The translations under genes and the position numbers were made by a program. Positions 20,074 to 29,423 of a stretch of 64,000 nt of DNA are shown here, one piece after another (position 1 is the stretch's first letter; every line of letters starts with the position of its first letter). This stretch comes from Candidatus Latescibacterota bacterium (lineage in GTDB: Bacteria > Latescibacterota > UBA2968 > GCA-2709665): the NCBI GenBank assembly GCA_965237675.1, contig OZ250150.1, positions 2,464,001 to 2,528,000 on the forward strand, in the 5' to 3' direction. The notes under the pieces are model-generated. The model did not search any database and was not told where the DNA came from. It saw only the letters and a list, made by a program, of their open reading frames with translations.

Positions 20074-20820
20074 TTACATCACCATACCGCCGTCCACCAC
20101 CAGAACCTGCCCGGTGATATAGGCAGCATCGCTCGAGGCCAGAAACGCGACCGCTGCAGCGATATCGTCGGGTTTCCCCGGTGCGCCCAGCGGAACCTGT
20201 TCAAGGATTTTCCGTTTGAGATCTTCCGGGAGTTTTTCCGTCATTTCGGTGGGGATATATCCCGGCGCCACCACGTTGGCGGTGATTCCCCTGCTGGCCA
20301 GTTCTTTCGCGGCGGTCTTTGTAAGGCCGATAAGTCCGGATTTTGCGGCCGTGTACGCGGCCTGGCCCGGGTTTCCCATCAGACCCGTTACGGAGGAGAT
20401 ATTGATGATCCGCCCGGAACGGGCCCTCATCATCGGCCGCACTGCCGCCTGCATACACAGAAATGCGCCTTTCAGATTGACGTCCAGAACGGCGTCCCAA
20501 TCTCCAGGCTTCAGTCGCATCAGCAGCCCGTCGCGGGTAATGCCGGCGTTGTTTACCAGAACGTCCAGCCCGCCCCAGCGATCCAGGACGGTCTTGAATA
20601 GGCCGGTGACGTCGGCCGGGTTCGAAACGTCCGTCTGCAGGGCCAGCGCGCCGCCGCCCCGGCTTTGGATGCCTTCCGCGACCAACTGTGCGCGGTCGAG
20701 GCTCCGGCTGGCGCATACCGCCACCCTGGCGCCTTCATCCGCCAGGCGGTTGGCAATTGCCTCGCCGATGCCGCGGGACCCGCCCGTGACGATTGCGATT
20801 TTGTCCTCAAGGCGATTCAT
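20074..20820 (-). CDS. fabG: 3-oxoacyl-ACP reductase
   Basis: [28 protein letters not shown], between fabD and acpP. Confidence 0.95.
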   Translation of the reverse strand: MNRLEDKIAIVTGGSRGIGEAIANRLADEGARVAVCASRSLDRAQLVAEGIQSRGGGALALQTDVSNPADVTGLFKTVLDRWGGLDVLVNNAGITRDGLLMRLKPGDWDAVLDVNLKGAFLCMQAAVRPMMRARSGRIINISSVTGLMGNPGQAAYTAAKSGLIGLTKTAAKELASRGITANVVAPGYIPTEMTEKLPEDLKRKILEQVPLGAPGKPDDIAAAVAFLASSDAAYITGQVLVVDGGMVM

Positions 20821-21737
20821 AACGTCAGACTCTCCAGGTCGTCGAGGGTTCCGACCGACGAGACGGCGACGCGCCTCTCGATGCGCCGCATCAGGGCTTT
20901 CAACGTCGTTCCCGGACCGGCTTCAATCGCTCGGTCCACGCCTTCCGAAACGAGCCGCGCCATCGAATCGGTCCATCGAACGGGCGAAACAACCTGTCTG
21001 ATAAGAAGGTCTTTGAGTACATCGGGATCGGTTGTGGGTTCGGCCGTCGTGTTCGGCACCACCGGGATGCGCGCCGGCGAGAACGGCACGTTCGCGAGGG
21101 CGCCCGCCAGCGTGCCCAGCGCGGATTGCATGAGCCCCGAGTGAAAGGCGCCGCTGACCTGAAGCTCGACGACCCTCCTGGCGCCTTCTTCCGATGCCTC
21201 GCGCATTGCCCGTTTCACGGCATTCGGCTCACCCGAAATAACGACCTGGCCGGGGCAGTTGAAGTTGGCGGGCACGACCACGCCGTTGTGACCGAGTGAT
21301 TCGCAAAGGTTCACAACCGCGTTGTCGCTCAGGCCAATAATGGCCGCCATGGTGCCCGGGTGCATCTTTCCCGCGACATGCATGGCCCGCCCCCGGATCC
21401 CAACAATCCGGACGCCGTCTTCCAGAGACAAGACCCCGGCGGCGACCAGCGCCGCCAGTTCGCCCACGCTGTGTCCGGCCACGAAATCGGGGTGGATGCC
21501 CCTGTCTTTCAGGATTTCAAACACCGAGATGCTGTGCGCGAAGATGGCCGGCTGCGTGATGGCCGTCTGTTTCAGCGATTCTTCCGGGCCGTCGAAACAG
21601 AATGTCTTCAGGCCGGTCTCGGAGATCCGGTCGGTCAGATTGAACACGTACTGGGCGATGGGGGAGGCATTGTAGAGATCGCTGGCCATTCCCACGTACT
21701 GCGCGCCCTGGCCGGGGAATAAGAAGGCTAAGGTCAT
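20817..21737 (-). CDS. fabD: Malonyl-CoA:ACP transacylase
   Basis: FLFPGQGAQ, TQPAI, GHSVGE, VSGAFHS, PVRW. Confidence 0.95.
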   Translation of the reverse strand: MTLAFLFPGQGAQYVGMASDLYNASPIAQYVFNLTDRISETGLKTFCFDGPEESLKQTAITQPAIFAHSISVFEILKDRGIHPDFVAGHSVGELAALVAAGVLSLEDGVRIVGIRGRAMHVAGKMHPGTMAAIIGLSDNAVVNLCESLGHNGVVVPANFNCPGQVVISGEPNAVKRAMREASEEGARRVVELQVSGAFHSGLMQSALGTLAGALANVPFSPARIPVVPNTTAEPTTDPDVLKDLLIRQVVSPVRWTDSMARLVSEGVDRAIEAGPGTTLKALMRRIERRVAVSSVGTLDDLESLTL

Positions 21738-21795
21738 ATTGTTCAGGATACGGGATTGCTTGTGGATTCCGGCCACCGGCTCCCGGATGTCGGCT

Positions 21796-22791
21796 TCAGT
21801 ACGCCCATTTCAGAAGGGCGCTTCCCCAGGTGTAGCCGGCCCCCGCGCTGGCCAATACGATGTAGTCGTCCCTTTTGACGCGGTTCTGTTCGACTGCTTC
21901 GGAAAGGGCGATTGGGATTGTGCCGCTCGTGGTGTTTGCGTATCGGTCGATGTTGATAAACACCCGTTCCGGCGCCAGCTTCATACGGCGGGCCGTGGCG
22001 TCGATGATGCGTTTATTTGCCTGGTGCGGCACCAGCAGGGTGATATCGTCGCCGCTGAGCCCGTTTCGTTTCAGCAGGTCCGCTGACACGGCGGCCATGC
22101 TGCTGCTGGCGAACTTGAGCACCCGGGGTCCGTCCTGGTGAACGTAGTGCATCTTCTTGTCTACGGTCTCGTGGCTGGCCGGATGCAGGCTGCCGCCGGC
22201 GGGCTGGCAGAGGTACTGGCCGCCCGATCCGTCCACGTTCAGGATAAAGTCCCGGATGCCCGCCCCGGTATCGTCGGGTTCCAGAAGGACGGCTCCCGCG
22301 CCGTCTCCGAAGAGGACGCAGGTTTCACGGTTGGTGTAGTCGACGACGGAGCTCATTTTGTCGGAGCCGATGACCACCACCTTCTTGTGGGCTCCGCTTT
22401 CAACAAACTGGCTGCCTACGATCAGGGCGTACAGGAACCCGCAGCAGGCGGCGGAAAGGTCGAATCCCCACGCATTTTCGGCCCCCACGCTGTGCTGTAC
22501 CAGGCAGGCCGTGGCGGGGTACATCATGTCCGGCGTCACGGTTGCGACAATGATCAGATCGATTTCGCCGGCATCCAGGCCCTTTTGTTCGAGCAGGGAT
22601 TCCATCGCCCGGGCGGCCATGTGGGAGGCGCCCTGGCCGTCTTCGAGGATGCGGCGTTCTATAATGCCCGTTCGTGTTCGAATCCATTCATCCGTGGTAT
22701 CCACCATCTGTTCCAGGTCGGCATTCGTCAGCCGGCGTTCGGGGAGAAAGCGGGAGACGCCGGTGACGGAAGCATTGACTTTTTTGTTCAT
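21796..22791 (-). CDS. fabH: 3-oxoacyl-ACP synthase III
   Basis: DEWIRTRTGI, DLSAACCGF, FGDGAGA, PHQANKRII, YANT, GAGYTWG. Confidence 0.95.
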   Translation of the reverse strand: MNKKVNASVTGVSRFLPERRLTNADLEQMVDTTDEWIRTRTGIIERRILEDGQGASHMAARAMESLLEQKGLDAGEIDLIIVATVTPDMMYPATACLVQHSVGAENAWGFDLSAACCGFLYALIVGSQFVESGAHKKVVVIGSDKMSSVVDYTNRETCVLFGDGAGAVLLEPDDTGAGIRDFILNVDGSGGQYLCQPAGGSLHPASHETVDKKMHYVHQDGPRVLKFASSSMAAVSADLLKRNGLSGDDITLLVPHQANKRIIDATARRMKLAPERVFINIDRYANTTSGTIPIALSEAVEQNRVKRDDYIVLASAGAGYTWGSALLKWAY

Positions 22792-22847
22792 AGGCAGGGG
22801 TAACGATTAGGGGAATAGCGAACGGATTGCGCCGTCGGGTCCGGGAA

Positions 22848-23030
22848 TCAGATGTTCTCGCCTTCGACCACCTTGCGGCCGTTGTACTGCCCGCAGTTGC
22901 CGCAGACCCGGTGAGGCCTGCGCGGCTGGCCGCAGTTGGGACAGTCGGAAAATGCAGGCTTTGTGAGTTTCCAGTGGGTCCGCCGTTTTCCGGTTCTGGA
23001 ATTGGAACTCCTGCGTTTCGGGTGTGCCAT
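22848..23030 (-). CDS. rpmF: 50S ribosomal protein L32 (Zn-ribbon form)
   Basis: [19 protein letters not shown]...[11 protein letters not shown]. Confidence 0.96.
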   Translation of the reverse strand: MAHPKRRSSNSRTGKRRTHWKLTKPAFSDCPNCGQPRRPHRVCGNCGQYNGRKVVEGENI

Positions 23031-23043
23031 TTTGACTGCTCCT

Positions 23044-23556
23044 TCAGGATTGGTCTTTCAGAGCCCTCAGGGCCTCCCAACGGGGGTCGAGGTGGGTTGT
23101 CGCACAGTTGCACTTCGCCAGGTTGAGGTTCTCCCCGCACGTTGGACAAATACCCTCGCAGGATGCTTTGCACAGGGGGTTCAACGGGATTTCAAGCAGG
23201 ATATAGTCCTTGATTTCCTCTCCGAGATCCACCTTGTCTCCGGATCTGTCCAACCAGATGAGCGTTTCGTCTTCATCATCCTTCATGGATTCCGGCCGTT
23301 TTTTCTGGAATACGAACTTGAAGTCGGACGAAATGGAGAACGAAACGGGTTTAAGGCACCGCACGCACTCTTGCCGCAGGTTCGCACGCGTCTCTCCGCT
23401 TGCCGAAATGGATAAGCCTACCTTGACGAACTCGATGCGCGTTCTGATGGGACCCACGAATTGCAGATCCTCATCCTGAATATGCAACTCTTCGGGGGTC
23501 TCTTCCCAGTCGAGGCTGACCTTGCCTCCGTCGAGTTCGTTGAGTTTGACAATCAT
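23044..23556 (-). CDS. yceD: DUF177/YceD family protein
   Basis: [31 protein letters not shown]; directly upstream of rpmF. Confidence 0.92.
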   Translation of the reverse strand: MIVKLNELDGGKVSLDWEETPEELHIQDEDLQFVGPIRTRIEFVKVGLSISASGETRANLRQECVRCLKPVSFSISSDFKFVFQKKRPESMKDDEDETLIWLDRSGDKVDLGEEIKDYILLEIPLNPLCKASCEGICPTCGENLNLAKCNCATTHLDPRWEALRALKDQS

Positions 23557-23589
23557 CTGACGATATCCGCTTGACTGTGAGCGTCCGGG

Positions 23590-24000
23590 CTACACGAGTT
23601 CCCCGAAGAAAAAGGCGATTTCCGCGCTGGCGGCTTCGGGTGAGTCGGACGCGTGGACGGCGTTGCACTGTATGTTTGTCCCGAAATCTCTGCGAATGGT
23701 GCCACCGGCGGCTTCGGCCGAATCGGTCACGCCCACGACCTCTCGCAGGAACGAAACCGCGTTTTCCCGCTCCAGCGCGAGCGGTACCACCGGGCCGGAG
23801 GTCATGAAATCGATCAACCCGTCAAAAAACGGCCTTCCAAGGTGTACCGCGTAAAACCGGGTGGCCTCCTCGCGCGTGAGTCGCGTCATTTTCAGGTGCC
23901 GGATCTTGAACCCTCTGTCTTCCACGCGTTTGAGAATGGCGCCGATGGCATTCCGGGAAACCGCGTCCGGTTTGATAATCAACAATGTGGTTTCCGGCAT
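23590..24000 (-). CDS. ndk: Nucleoside diphosphate kinase
   Basis: TLLIIKPDAV, FMTSGP, GTIRRDFG, NAVHASDS. Confidence 0.96.
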   Translation of the reverse strand: MPETTLLIIKPDAVSRNAIGAILKRVEDRGFKIRHLKMTRLTREEATRFYAVHLGRPFFDGLIDFMTSGPVVPLALERENAVSFLREVVGVTDSAEAAGGTIRRDFGTNIQCNAVHASDSPEAASAEIAFFFGELV

Positions 24001-24063
24001 CGGCGTCCGCGCTTTGCATCCGGGTTCGAGTGGTCAAGATTGCGTATCACGCTGAAGATGAAG

Positions 24064-24092
24064 AAGATAGATTTTCTCAGGGGATTTGTCAA
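24064..24092 (-). promoter_or_regulatory. Sigma70-type promoter for the ndk-yceD-rpmF-fab run
   Basis: Minus strand reads TTGACA, a 17-nt spacer, then TATCTT, about 64 bp upstream of the ndk ATG. Confidence 0.7.
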
Positions 24093-24116
24093 TATCAAAC
24101 TTCGTTTATGAGGAGG

Positions 24117-24148
24117 CAGCTATCAGCGGTCAGCTTACAGCAAACAGC
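24117..24148. repeat. Heptamer tandem repeat (AGCnnTC family)
   Basis: cagctatc agcggtc agcttac agcaaac agc. Confidence 0.7.
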
Positions 24149-24252
24149 GTAAAGGCGGCGATATCAATTTATCGATGTCCGCGCGGATGGTGCAGTTGTA
24201 TGGGCGACCGACGGGTCGTCCGGTTTCGAAGCTTCACATGCGATACCCGGCG

Positions 24253-24597
24253 TCAGGATTTCTTCAGCAGCGATCTCAGATGGAATCCCGCCACCGCGGC
24301 GAGTCCGGCGACAAGGCCGCCGATCAACGCCGTGAGGCCGATCAAAACGGACGGAGGCGAAACACCTGCGATTCCTGCGATCTTTACGGTGAGAATGCCT
24401 CCGGACGACAGATGGATATAGCCCGCAGCGGCCAGCCACAGGAGTCCCGCCCCGGCAAAGCCGCCTCCCAGCGCCTTCCACGCGGAGGGAGCCTTCCAGA
24501 ACCCCGCCACAAGCCCTGCCAGGCCGATTCCCCACCAGGGAAGCGTCTCGCCGGCAATCAGGCCGAATACGACGACGTATATCGCGGTTGTGATCAT
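24253..24597 (-). CDS. Small membrane protein downstream of the penicillin acylase gene
   Basis: Hydrophobic ~114 aa, LPWWGI...GGFAGAGLLW...LTALIGGLVAGL. The track's MLTADSF extension is translated repeat. Confidence 0.7.
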   Translation of the reverse strand: MITTAIYVVVFGLIAGETLPWWGIGLAGLVAGFWKAPSAWKALGGGFAGAGLLWLAAAGYIHLSSGGILTVKIAGIAGVSPPSVLIGLTALIGGLVAGLAAVAGFHLRSLLKKS

Positions 24598-24605
24598 ATA
24601 AAGAA

Positions 24606-24651
24606 AGCTGTCAGCGGTCAGCAATCAGCGGTCAGCTATCAGCCGTCAGCA
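24606..24651. repeat. Heptamer tandem repeat, 6+ units
   Basis: agctgtc agcggtc agcaatc agcggtc agctatc agccgtc agc. Confidence 0.85.
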
Positions 24652-24820
24652 AAAAGGGCGGTACGACGCCAAACCACGTGGCTGTCCTTGCCTGTCGACA
24701 CTTCGACCGCACGGAGGCGGCGTTGGGGGTTTTTCCGAGTTTATCCGTCCACTACTTAAGGTACTGGTATATCTGACGAACTCGAAGGACACCCAATTTC
24801 CATTTCTGCCCCCAACGGGA

Positions 24821-24975
24821 TTCACGGAAAAACCGGCTCCGCGCCGAGCGGCGCGGTTCTTTTTGGTCCTTTTTCTTGGGCGTACAAGAAAAAGGACGTA
24901 AGAAATTAATAATAAGAGAATTATGCGAATGACCCCGCGAGCCCGGAGCGAGACCCCTCGTTCGCCTTTTCCCTT
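24821..24975. repeat. Dispersed ~155-bp repeat core, copy 1 (others at 28184-28336 and, inverted, 46318-46470)
   Basis: GGAAAAACCGGCTCCGCGCCGAGCGGCG, then the hairpin CTTTTTCTTG-GGCGTA-CAAGAAAAAG, an AT-rich ATTAATAATAA block and TTCGCCTTTTCCC. Confidence 0.85.
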
Positions 24976-25014
24976 TGTTTGCCATGCCGCCGGCGAAATC
25001 CCGAACGCTTTCTC

Positions 25015-27447
25015 TCAGTTGTCGCCAGACTGATCGTTGACCAGCATCAACGTTTCCTCAATACGCCCTCCACCGTCCTCCGGCGTTCGCATAAAAAGCA
25101 GTTCTTCAAGTTCGCCGCGTTCCCAGGCGTCGACAAACGTGTCGTAGTGGCGGCTTCCGGGGTTGCCGGACTGCCCGCCGGGATAGATTCCCCATGCCCG
25201 CACGTCGGGCCCCAGCGCGACGACCATGCGCCAGCAGGGGCCATGGCGCCGGCGGGTTGCATTGACGATGTCGCGGCCCCCGCCAACGAACAGGTTCATA
25301 CGCGAGAATTCCCGGATCTTCAACAAGTGCATGACTTCCGCACCCTTGTAGCGTCCCCACTGCCAGGCGTCGCCCATCGGTCCCAGCCTGCCCGTTAACT
25401 CAACACATGTCGCCTCAAAGGTGCTGCGGGCCAGATCGGACAGCGTTTCGACCGGTTCTGTTCGCGTGTTGTCGTACCACCTGGCGCGGGGCTCATCGAG
25501 AATCATCGTTACCGTTCGATCGCGGGAAGGGAACTGGAGACTGGGCCCCGGTCCGCTGAATTCATCGTTCCAGATTGCCCGGTAGAGTTTCACCCACCAC
25601 ATTTCGAATATGGTGGGGGCGATCTTGTCGGCATCCGCGAAATAATCCCAGTTCTGAAGTATCTCGTAGACGGCCGCTTCGTCGCGGCTGAAGGACTGGG
25701 GTACGATAAACGGAAGAAGGACGGGCAGTACGGACTGAGCCCGCAGATCCTTCGTGTCGAGCTGCAAGGGCCGGAAGTCGTCGGGTGTGATATCCTTCAT
25801 TTCGGCCAGGCGTTCGTTGATTCGCCGCACGCGCGTCGGGGAGGAATAGCCTTCGGTCAGCCAATATGGATAGGACGGATCTGTGGGACGCTGGTTGGCG
25901 GAACTCACAAAGCCGCGCTCCGGATTTTTAACGTGGGGCTTGTGGGCGTGGGGAATCCAGTCCTGCCAGTCGTGGAGGGGGTCGGAGCCATCGGCGATGA
26001 ATACGCCCTGACCTTCCCATCGGACCGGGAATCGGCCGTTGTGCCAGATCGCGATATTTCCATCAACGTCGGCGTAGGCGAAGTTCTGCGCGGGAGCGTT
26101 GAGGTGGGAAAGCGCCTTGACGAAATCGTCGTAGTCGCGCGCGCTGTTGAGAAGTTGGCAGGTCAGCAATTCGTTGCTCCCGTCGTGGCCCACCCACCTG
26201 AACGCATGTTTTTCGGGCACCCGCGAGTCAGAGGGGGTGTAGTGTGAATCCCTTACAACCGGACCGTGGTGGGTGTAGCGCACGGTGTCTCGAAACGTCT
26301 CGCCGCCCCGCACCATGATCTCTTCGACCACCGTTTCCACGGGGCGCCATGCGTCGCCGTGACGGTATTCCTGAAGTGTATCGTCCCTGAACGCAATCTC
26401 GTACCAGTCCGAAACATCCGTTCCCGCATTCGTGAGTCCCCACGCGATATCCCGGTTGAATCCGATGACCACGCCCGGTCCTCCCGGAAGCGATACGCCG
26501 TAGACGTTGCGCGAGGGGTTGACGAGTTGAATCTCGTACCACAGAGACGGCAGCGCGAGGCCCATGTGCGGGTCGTTCGCCAGGATGGGATACCCGCTGG
26601 CGGTCCTCGCGCCGGAGACCGCCCAGTTGTTGCTTCCGATTCCGGCGCTGGTTTCCGCGCCGTACGGCCCTCGCTTGAACGGCGTATCGGGCCGGATGAC
26701 CTGACGGGGCTCAAAATTCCAGGGCGTTTCCCCAGGAATCACCGTATCGTCGCCAACGGATCCGGTCGAGAACAGGTCCCTCACAACCCCCTCGCCGAAT
26801 CGGTCGAGCGTGTTGTTCATCCTGAGGTCCGAGTTCCGCCCGCTTAGAATCCAGGCCATGGACTTCATTAGAATTGCACACTTCAACGGGGTCCATGACT
26901 CGGGTTCGTAATCCAGAAGTTTGTACTCGATCGGGTAATCTTCCGAGCGCAGACTGCCGATGTATGTATTGACGCCGTCGGTGTACGCGGATACGGACAC
27001 GCGGGTTTCCGGGGCGGCCATGATTACTTTGAGCGCGTTCCGGGCACCGTACACCAACCCGACGCGCCTCTGATACCGGTCGCGCTCCAGGGCCCCGGGT
27101 CCCAGGATTTCCGCGAGACGCCCGGCCGCGGCAGCGGTCTGGAACTCCATCTGCCAAAGGCGGTCTCTCGCCGTGATGTATCCCTGGGCGAAAAACAGGT
27201 CCCGGTCGTTCTTTGCGAAGATATGCGGCACGCGGCGGTGGTCATACACGACCGTTACCGGCTCGAGCAGTCCCGTGAGCCGCAATTTGCCGTCTGCAGG
27301 CGGGTCTCCCGAGTCGGCATTCTGCCAGAACCCGTGAAAGGGACTCAGGAATTTCCCTGCGGCTGGAAGTCCGCCCATTCGGGTATCCAGAACAAGAACG
27401 ACGATCACAGTAATGGCAGCCGAAGCGATGAACTTGATCAAGGGCAT
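25015..27447 (-). CDS. Penicillin acylase / Ntn-hydrolase (peptidase S45) family protein
   Basis: N-terminal TM; VPHIFA..FFAQGYITARDRLWQME; autocleavage site G|SNNWAVSG; ILANDPHM; QNFAYAD; PGGQSGNPGSRHY. Confidence 0.93.
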   Translation of the reverse strand: MPLIKFIASAAITVIVVLVLDTRMGGLPAAGKFLSPFHGFWQNADSGDPPADGKLRLTGLLEPVTVVYDHRRVPHIFAKNDRDLFFAQGYITARDRLWQMEFQTAAAAGRLAEILGPGALERDRYQRRVGLVYGARNALKVIMAAPETRVSVSAYTDGVNTYIGSLRSEDYPIEYKLLDYEPESWTPLKCAILMKSMAWILSGRNSDLRMNNTLDRFGEGVVRDLFSTGSVGDDTVIPGETPWNFEPRQVIRPDTPFKRGPYGAETSAGIGSNNWAVSGARTASGYPILANDPHMGLALPSLWYEIQLVNPSRNVYGVSLPGGPGVVIGFNRDIAWGLTNAGTDVSDWYEIAFRDDTLQEYRHGDAWRPVETVVEEIMVRGGETFRDTVRYTHHGPVVRDSHYTPSDSRVPEKHAFRWVGHDGSNELLTCQLLNSARDYDDFVKALSHLNAPAQNFAYADVDGNIAIWHNGRFPVRWEGQGVFIADGSDPLHDWQDWIPHAHKPHVKNPERGFVSSANQRPTDPSYPYWLTEGYSSPTRVRRINERLAEMKDITPDDFRPLQLDTKDLRAQSVLPVLLPFIVPQSFSRDEAAVYEILQNWDYFADADKIAPTIFEMWWVKLYRAIWNDEFSGPGPSLQFPSRDRTVTMILDEPRARWYDNTRTEPVETLSDLARSTFEATCVELTGRLGPMGDAWQWGRYKGAEVMHLLKIREFSRMNLFVGGGRDIVNATRRRHGPCWRMVVALGPDVRAWGIYPGGQSGNPGSRHYDTFVDAWERGELEELLFMRTPEDGGGRIEETLMLVNDQSGDN

Positions 27448-27449
27448 AA

Positions 27450-27500
27450 AGCTATCAGCAGTCAGCAAAAACAGCTATCAGTTGTCAGCTATCAGCAAAA
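27450..27500. repeat. Heptamer tandem repeat abutting the acylase start codon (related copy at ~27843-27915)
   Basis: agctatc agcagtc agcaaaaac agctatc agttgtc agctatc agc. Confidence 0.8.
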
Positions 27501-27539
27501 AGCCAATCGATTGACATCAGCGCCTGGTATTATGTTTGT

Positions 27540-27564
27540 GTAGGGGCAACCCTTGTGGTTGCCC
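27540..27564 (+). repeat. GTAG-type REP-like palindrome
   Basis: GTAG-GGGCAACC-CTTGT-GGTTGCCC. Confidence 0.75.
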
Positions 27565-27634
27565 GCCTATCAGCTCACACGAAGGCACAAAGACACAGAG
27601 GGAAAAACTGCAATCAGCGATCAGCAGTCAGCCA

Positions 27635-27726
27635 AAACCGGTCAGCGTTACGGCCTGGCGATTCCAATTTACCGATGTCCGGATTTTTGTAGGGGCGGTT
27701 CGCGAACCGCCCGCCTTGTGGCCCCT
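27635..27726 (+). repeat. ~90-bp dispersed repeat containing a GTAG-REP (second copy 56970-57060)
   Basis: AAACCGGTCAGCGTTACGGCCTGGCGAT...GTAGGGGCGGTTCGCGAACCGCCCGCCTTGTGGCCC, nearly identical at both loci. Confidence 0.85.
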
Positions 27727-27917
27727 CACGATCTATAACCAGGCCATCCGGTGGAAGTGAGGGGGTTGTTGTTCGCGGCATAAGACGTGCCGCTCATCAT
27801 CAACCTCGAACGCCAGAACCAGGCGTTCCCTGTTGTCGTGAACATCAGCAAAAACAGCTTTCAGCTCTCAGCCATCAGCTTGAATCAAAAACCCGATCAG
27901 TTGACGTCAGTGCCGTG

Positions 27918-27957
27918 ACCTCTCCCCCCAGCCCCCTCTCCTAAAGGAAAGGGGGAG
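27918..27957. repeat. CCCTCTCC-type palindromic repeat
   Basis: ACCTCTCCCCCCAGCCCCCTCTCCTAAAGGAAAGGGGGAG hairpin. Confidence 0.6.
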
Positions 27958-28183
27958 ACAAGCGTTAATCTGTCCGGTATGATTTCGATACGTTACCACC
28001 TATAGATTTGGATATGGACTGGCGGCAAGACCGAAAACACGTTCAAAACGCCTTCGCGGGATACCTCATGGCCATCCGGTCGTGGTGCAGGGGGTTTTTT
28101 CGCGTCATTCCGTTCAGCAACGTCTTTCTGGATCGCTCGCAAAGGCCGCAGAGCAACGACGCTGGTTATTTCCCTGGAGGCAA

Positions 28184-28336
28184 TTCGCGGAAAAACCGGC
28201 TCCGCGCCGAGCGGCGCCGTTCTTTTTGGCCCTTTTTCGTTGGCGAAAAAGAAAAGGGGTGTAAAATATTAATAATAATGAAGGTAGGGAAATGACCATT
28301 TGGAACCGGAGCGCGACCCGTCATTCGCCTTTCCCT
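28184..28336. repeat. Dispersed ~155-bp repeat core, copy 2
   Basis: Same blocks as 24821-24975: GGAAAAACCGGCTCCGCGCCGAGCGGCG, T/A hairpin, ATTAATAATAA, TTCGCCTTTCCC. Confidence 0.85.
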
Positions 28337-28370
28337 ACCATTTTTTTGTGCCGCTGACGGGTTCCTTAGA

Positions 28371-28826
28371 TCACGTCGACCTGCCGTCCTTGACGCCAAT
28401 CCCCTTATCCTCCGCGAATGCCGTGACCGCCGCGACAATCTCGGGTTTGATGATCTGGTTGACGCTATAACTCAATCCGCTGAAGTTAATCTCCACGTTT
28501 TTCCCATTGTCGAGGCTTAATTCGACCTTCATCGAATGGAGGTGAATCTCCAAGATTGAAGCCCAGGGGATTCTCCGGTGTCTGAGCAAGCCTATTTCAA
28601 TCTCCAACCTCGCATCTGAAAATGTAACAATGTACCTGTTTAAGCGCTGCAGGGGTCCGCTGAAACCCAGGAAGCCCAGACCCAGCACGATTTGCACGGC
28701 GCCAAGGATTGTGTTTCCCGCCACATTCACGAAACCGCAAATAATCCAGCCTACACCCGCAATGTTCCATATCACGCGAAATGGCCGGGTTACCGGTACG
28801 GTAAGATCAAAGGTCCTCTCTTCCAT
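28371..28826 (-). CDS. Two-TM membrane protein with a PH-like domain (paralog of 30437-30871)
   Basis: MEERTFDL, two TM helices, NRYIVTFSD, IPWASILEIHL, NQIIKPEIVAA. Confidence 0.75.
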   Translation of the reverse strand: MEERTFDLTVPVTRPFRVIWNIAGVGWIICGFVNVAGNTILGAVQIVLGLGFLGFSGPLQRLNRYIVTFSDARLEIEIGLLRHRRIPWASILEIHLHSMKVELSLDNGKNVEINFSGLSYSVNQIIKPEIVAAVTAFAEDKGIGVKDGRST

Positions 28827-29183
28827 GGCACTGACCCCCTACAAGATGGAACAGTGGGAATATGCGCTGCGCGGAGTGTCCGATACTAAGCCCATCCTCG
28901 GGCAAACCAAGACAGGCGATGGTTCAGCCCGGGACCGACAAATACGGTCTTTTGACCAATATACGTCCGTAGTCGACAAAGTGAGAACCAAAGATGTAAC
29001 GGCTGCCGTCCCGAACGAACCGCTACACACGAGTTGTCTTTCTCTATACACCCTCCGTGCCTATATTGATGAGAGACATCTCACTATCTCAGAAACACGT
29101 GGCTTAAGAGGCGCTGCGGACGCTGTTAACTGCGTCGAAAAGGAAGCAGCCTCCGAAGCCATTTCTGATTCTGAAAAACACCC

Positions 29184-29310
29184 ATGAAATATCGATTCTA
29201 CATCCTCGATGTCTTCACCCGCACGGCCTTCGGGGGAAATCAACTGGCGGTCTTACCGGATGCGAGGGGCCTCAGCACGGATGGCATGCAGAAGGTCGCT
29301 CGCAACCAAC
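29184..29310 (+). pseudogene. N-terminal fragment of a PhzF-family isomerase
   Basis: [40 protein letters not shown] is the typical PhzF N-terminus, but similarity stops before the expected E.NLSET motif and runs into repeats. Confidence 0.8.
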
Positions 29311-29325
29311 GACAGTGGGCCTGCA

Positions 29326-29423
29326 CCCTGAGCTTGTCGAAGGGTGTGAAGGTTAGCGAAACGCGGGCATTTCGACAAGCTCAATGACCACGTTTCGACG
29401 AGCTCGTTTCGACAAGCTCAGCG
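29326..29423. repeat. Cluster of TTCGACAAGCTCA-type REP-like inverted repeats
   Basis: CCCTGAGCTTGTCGAAGGGT followed by inverted TTCGACAAGCTCAATG, TTCGACGAGCTC and TTCGACAAGCTCAGCG. Confidence 0.75.

Noticed and set aside
24752-24985. Small similar ORFs at 24752-24985, 28166-28438 and 46270-46479 (…RPFS…KK.QKE.RRSAR.R)
   Set aside because: These are translations of the DNA repeat; starts and frames are not conserved between copies.
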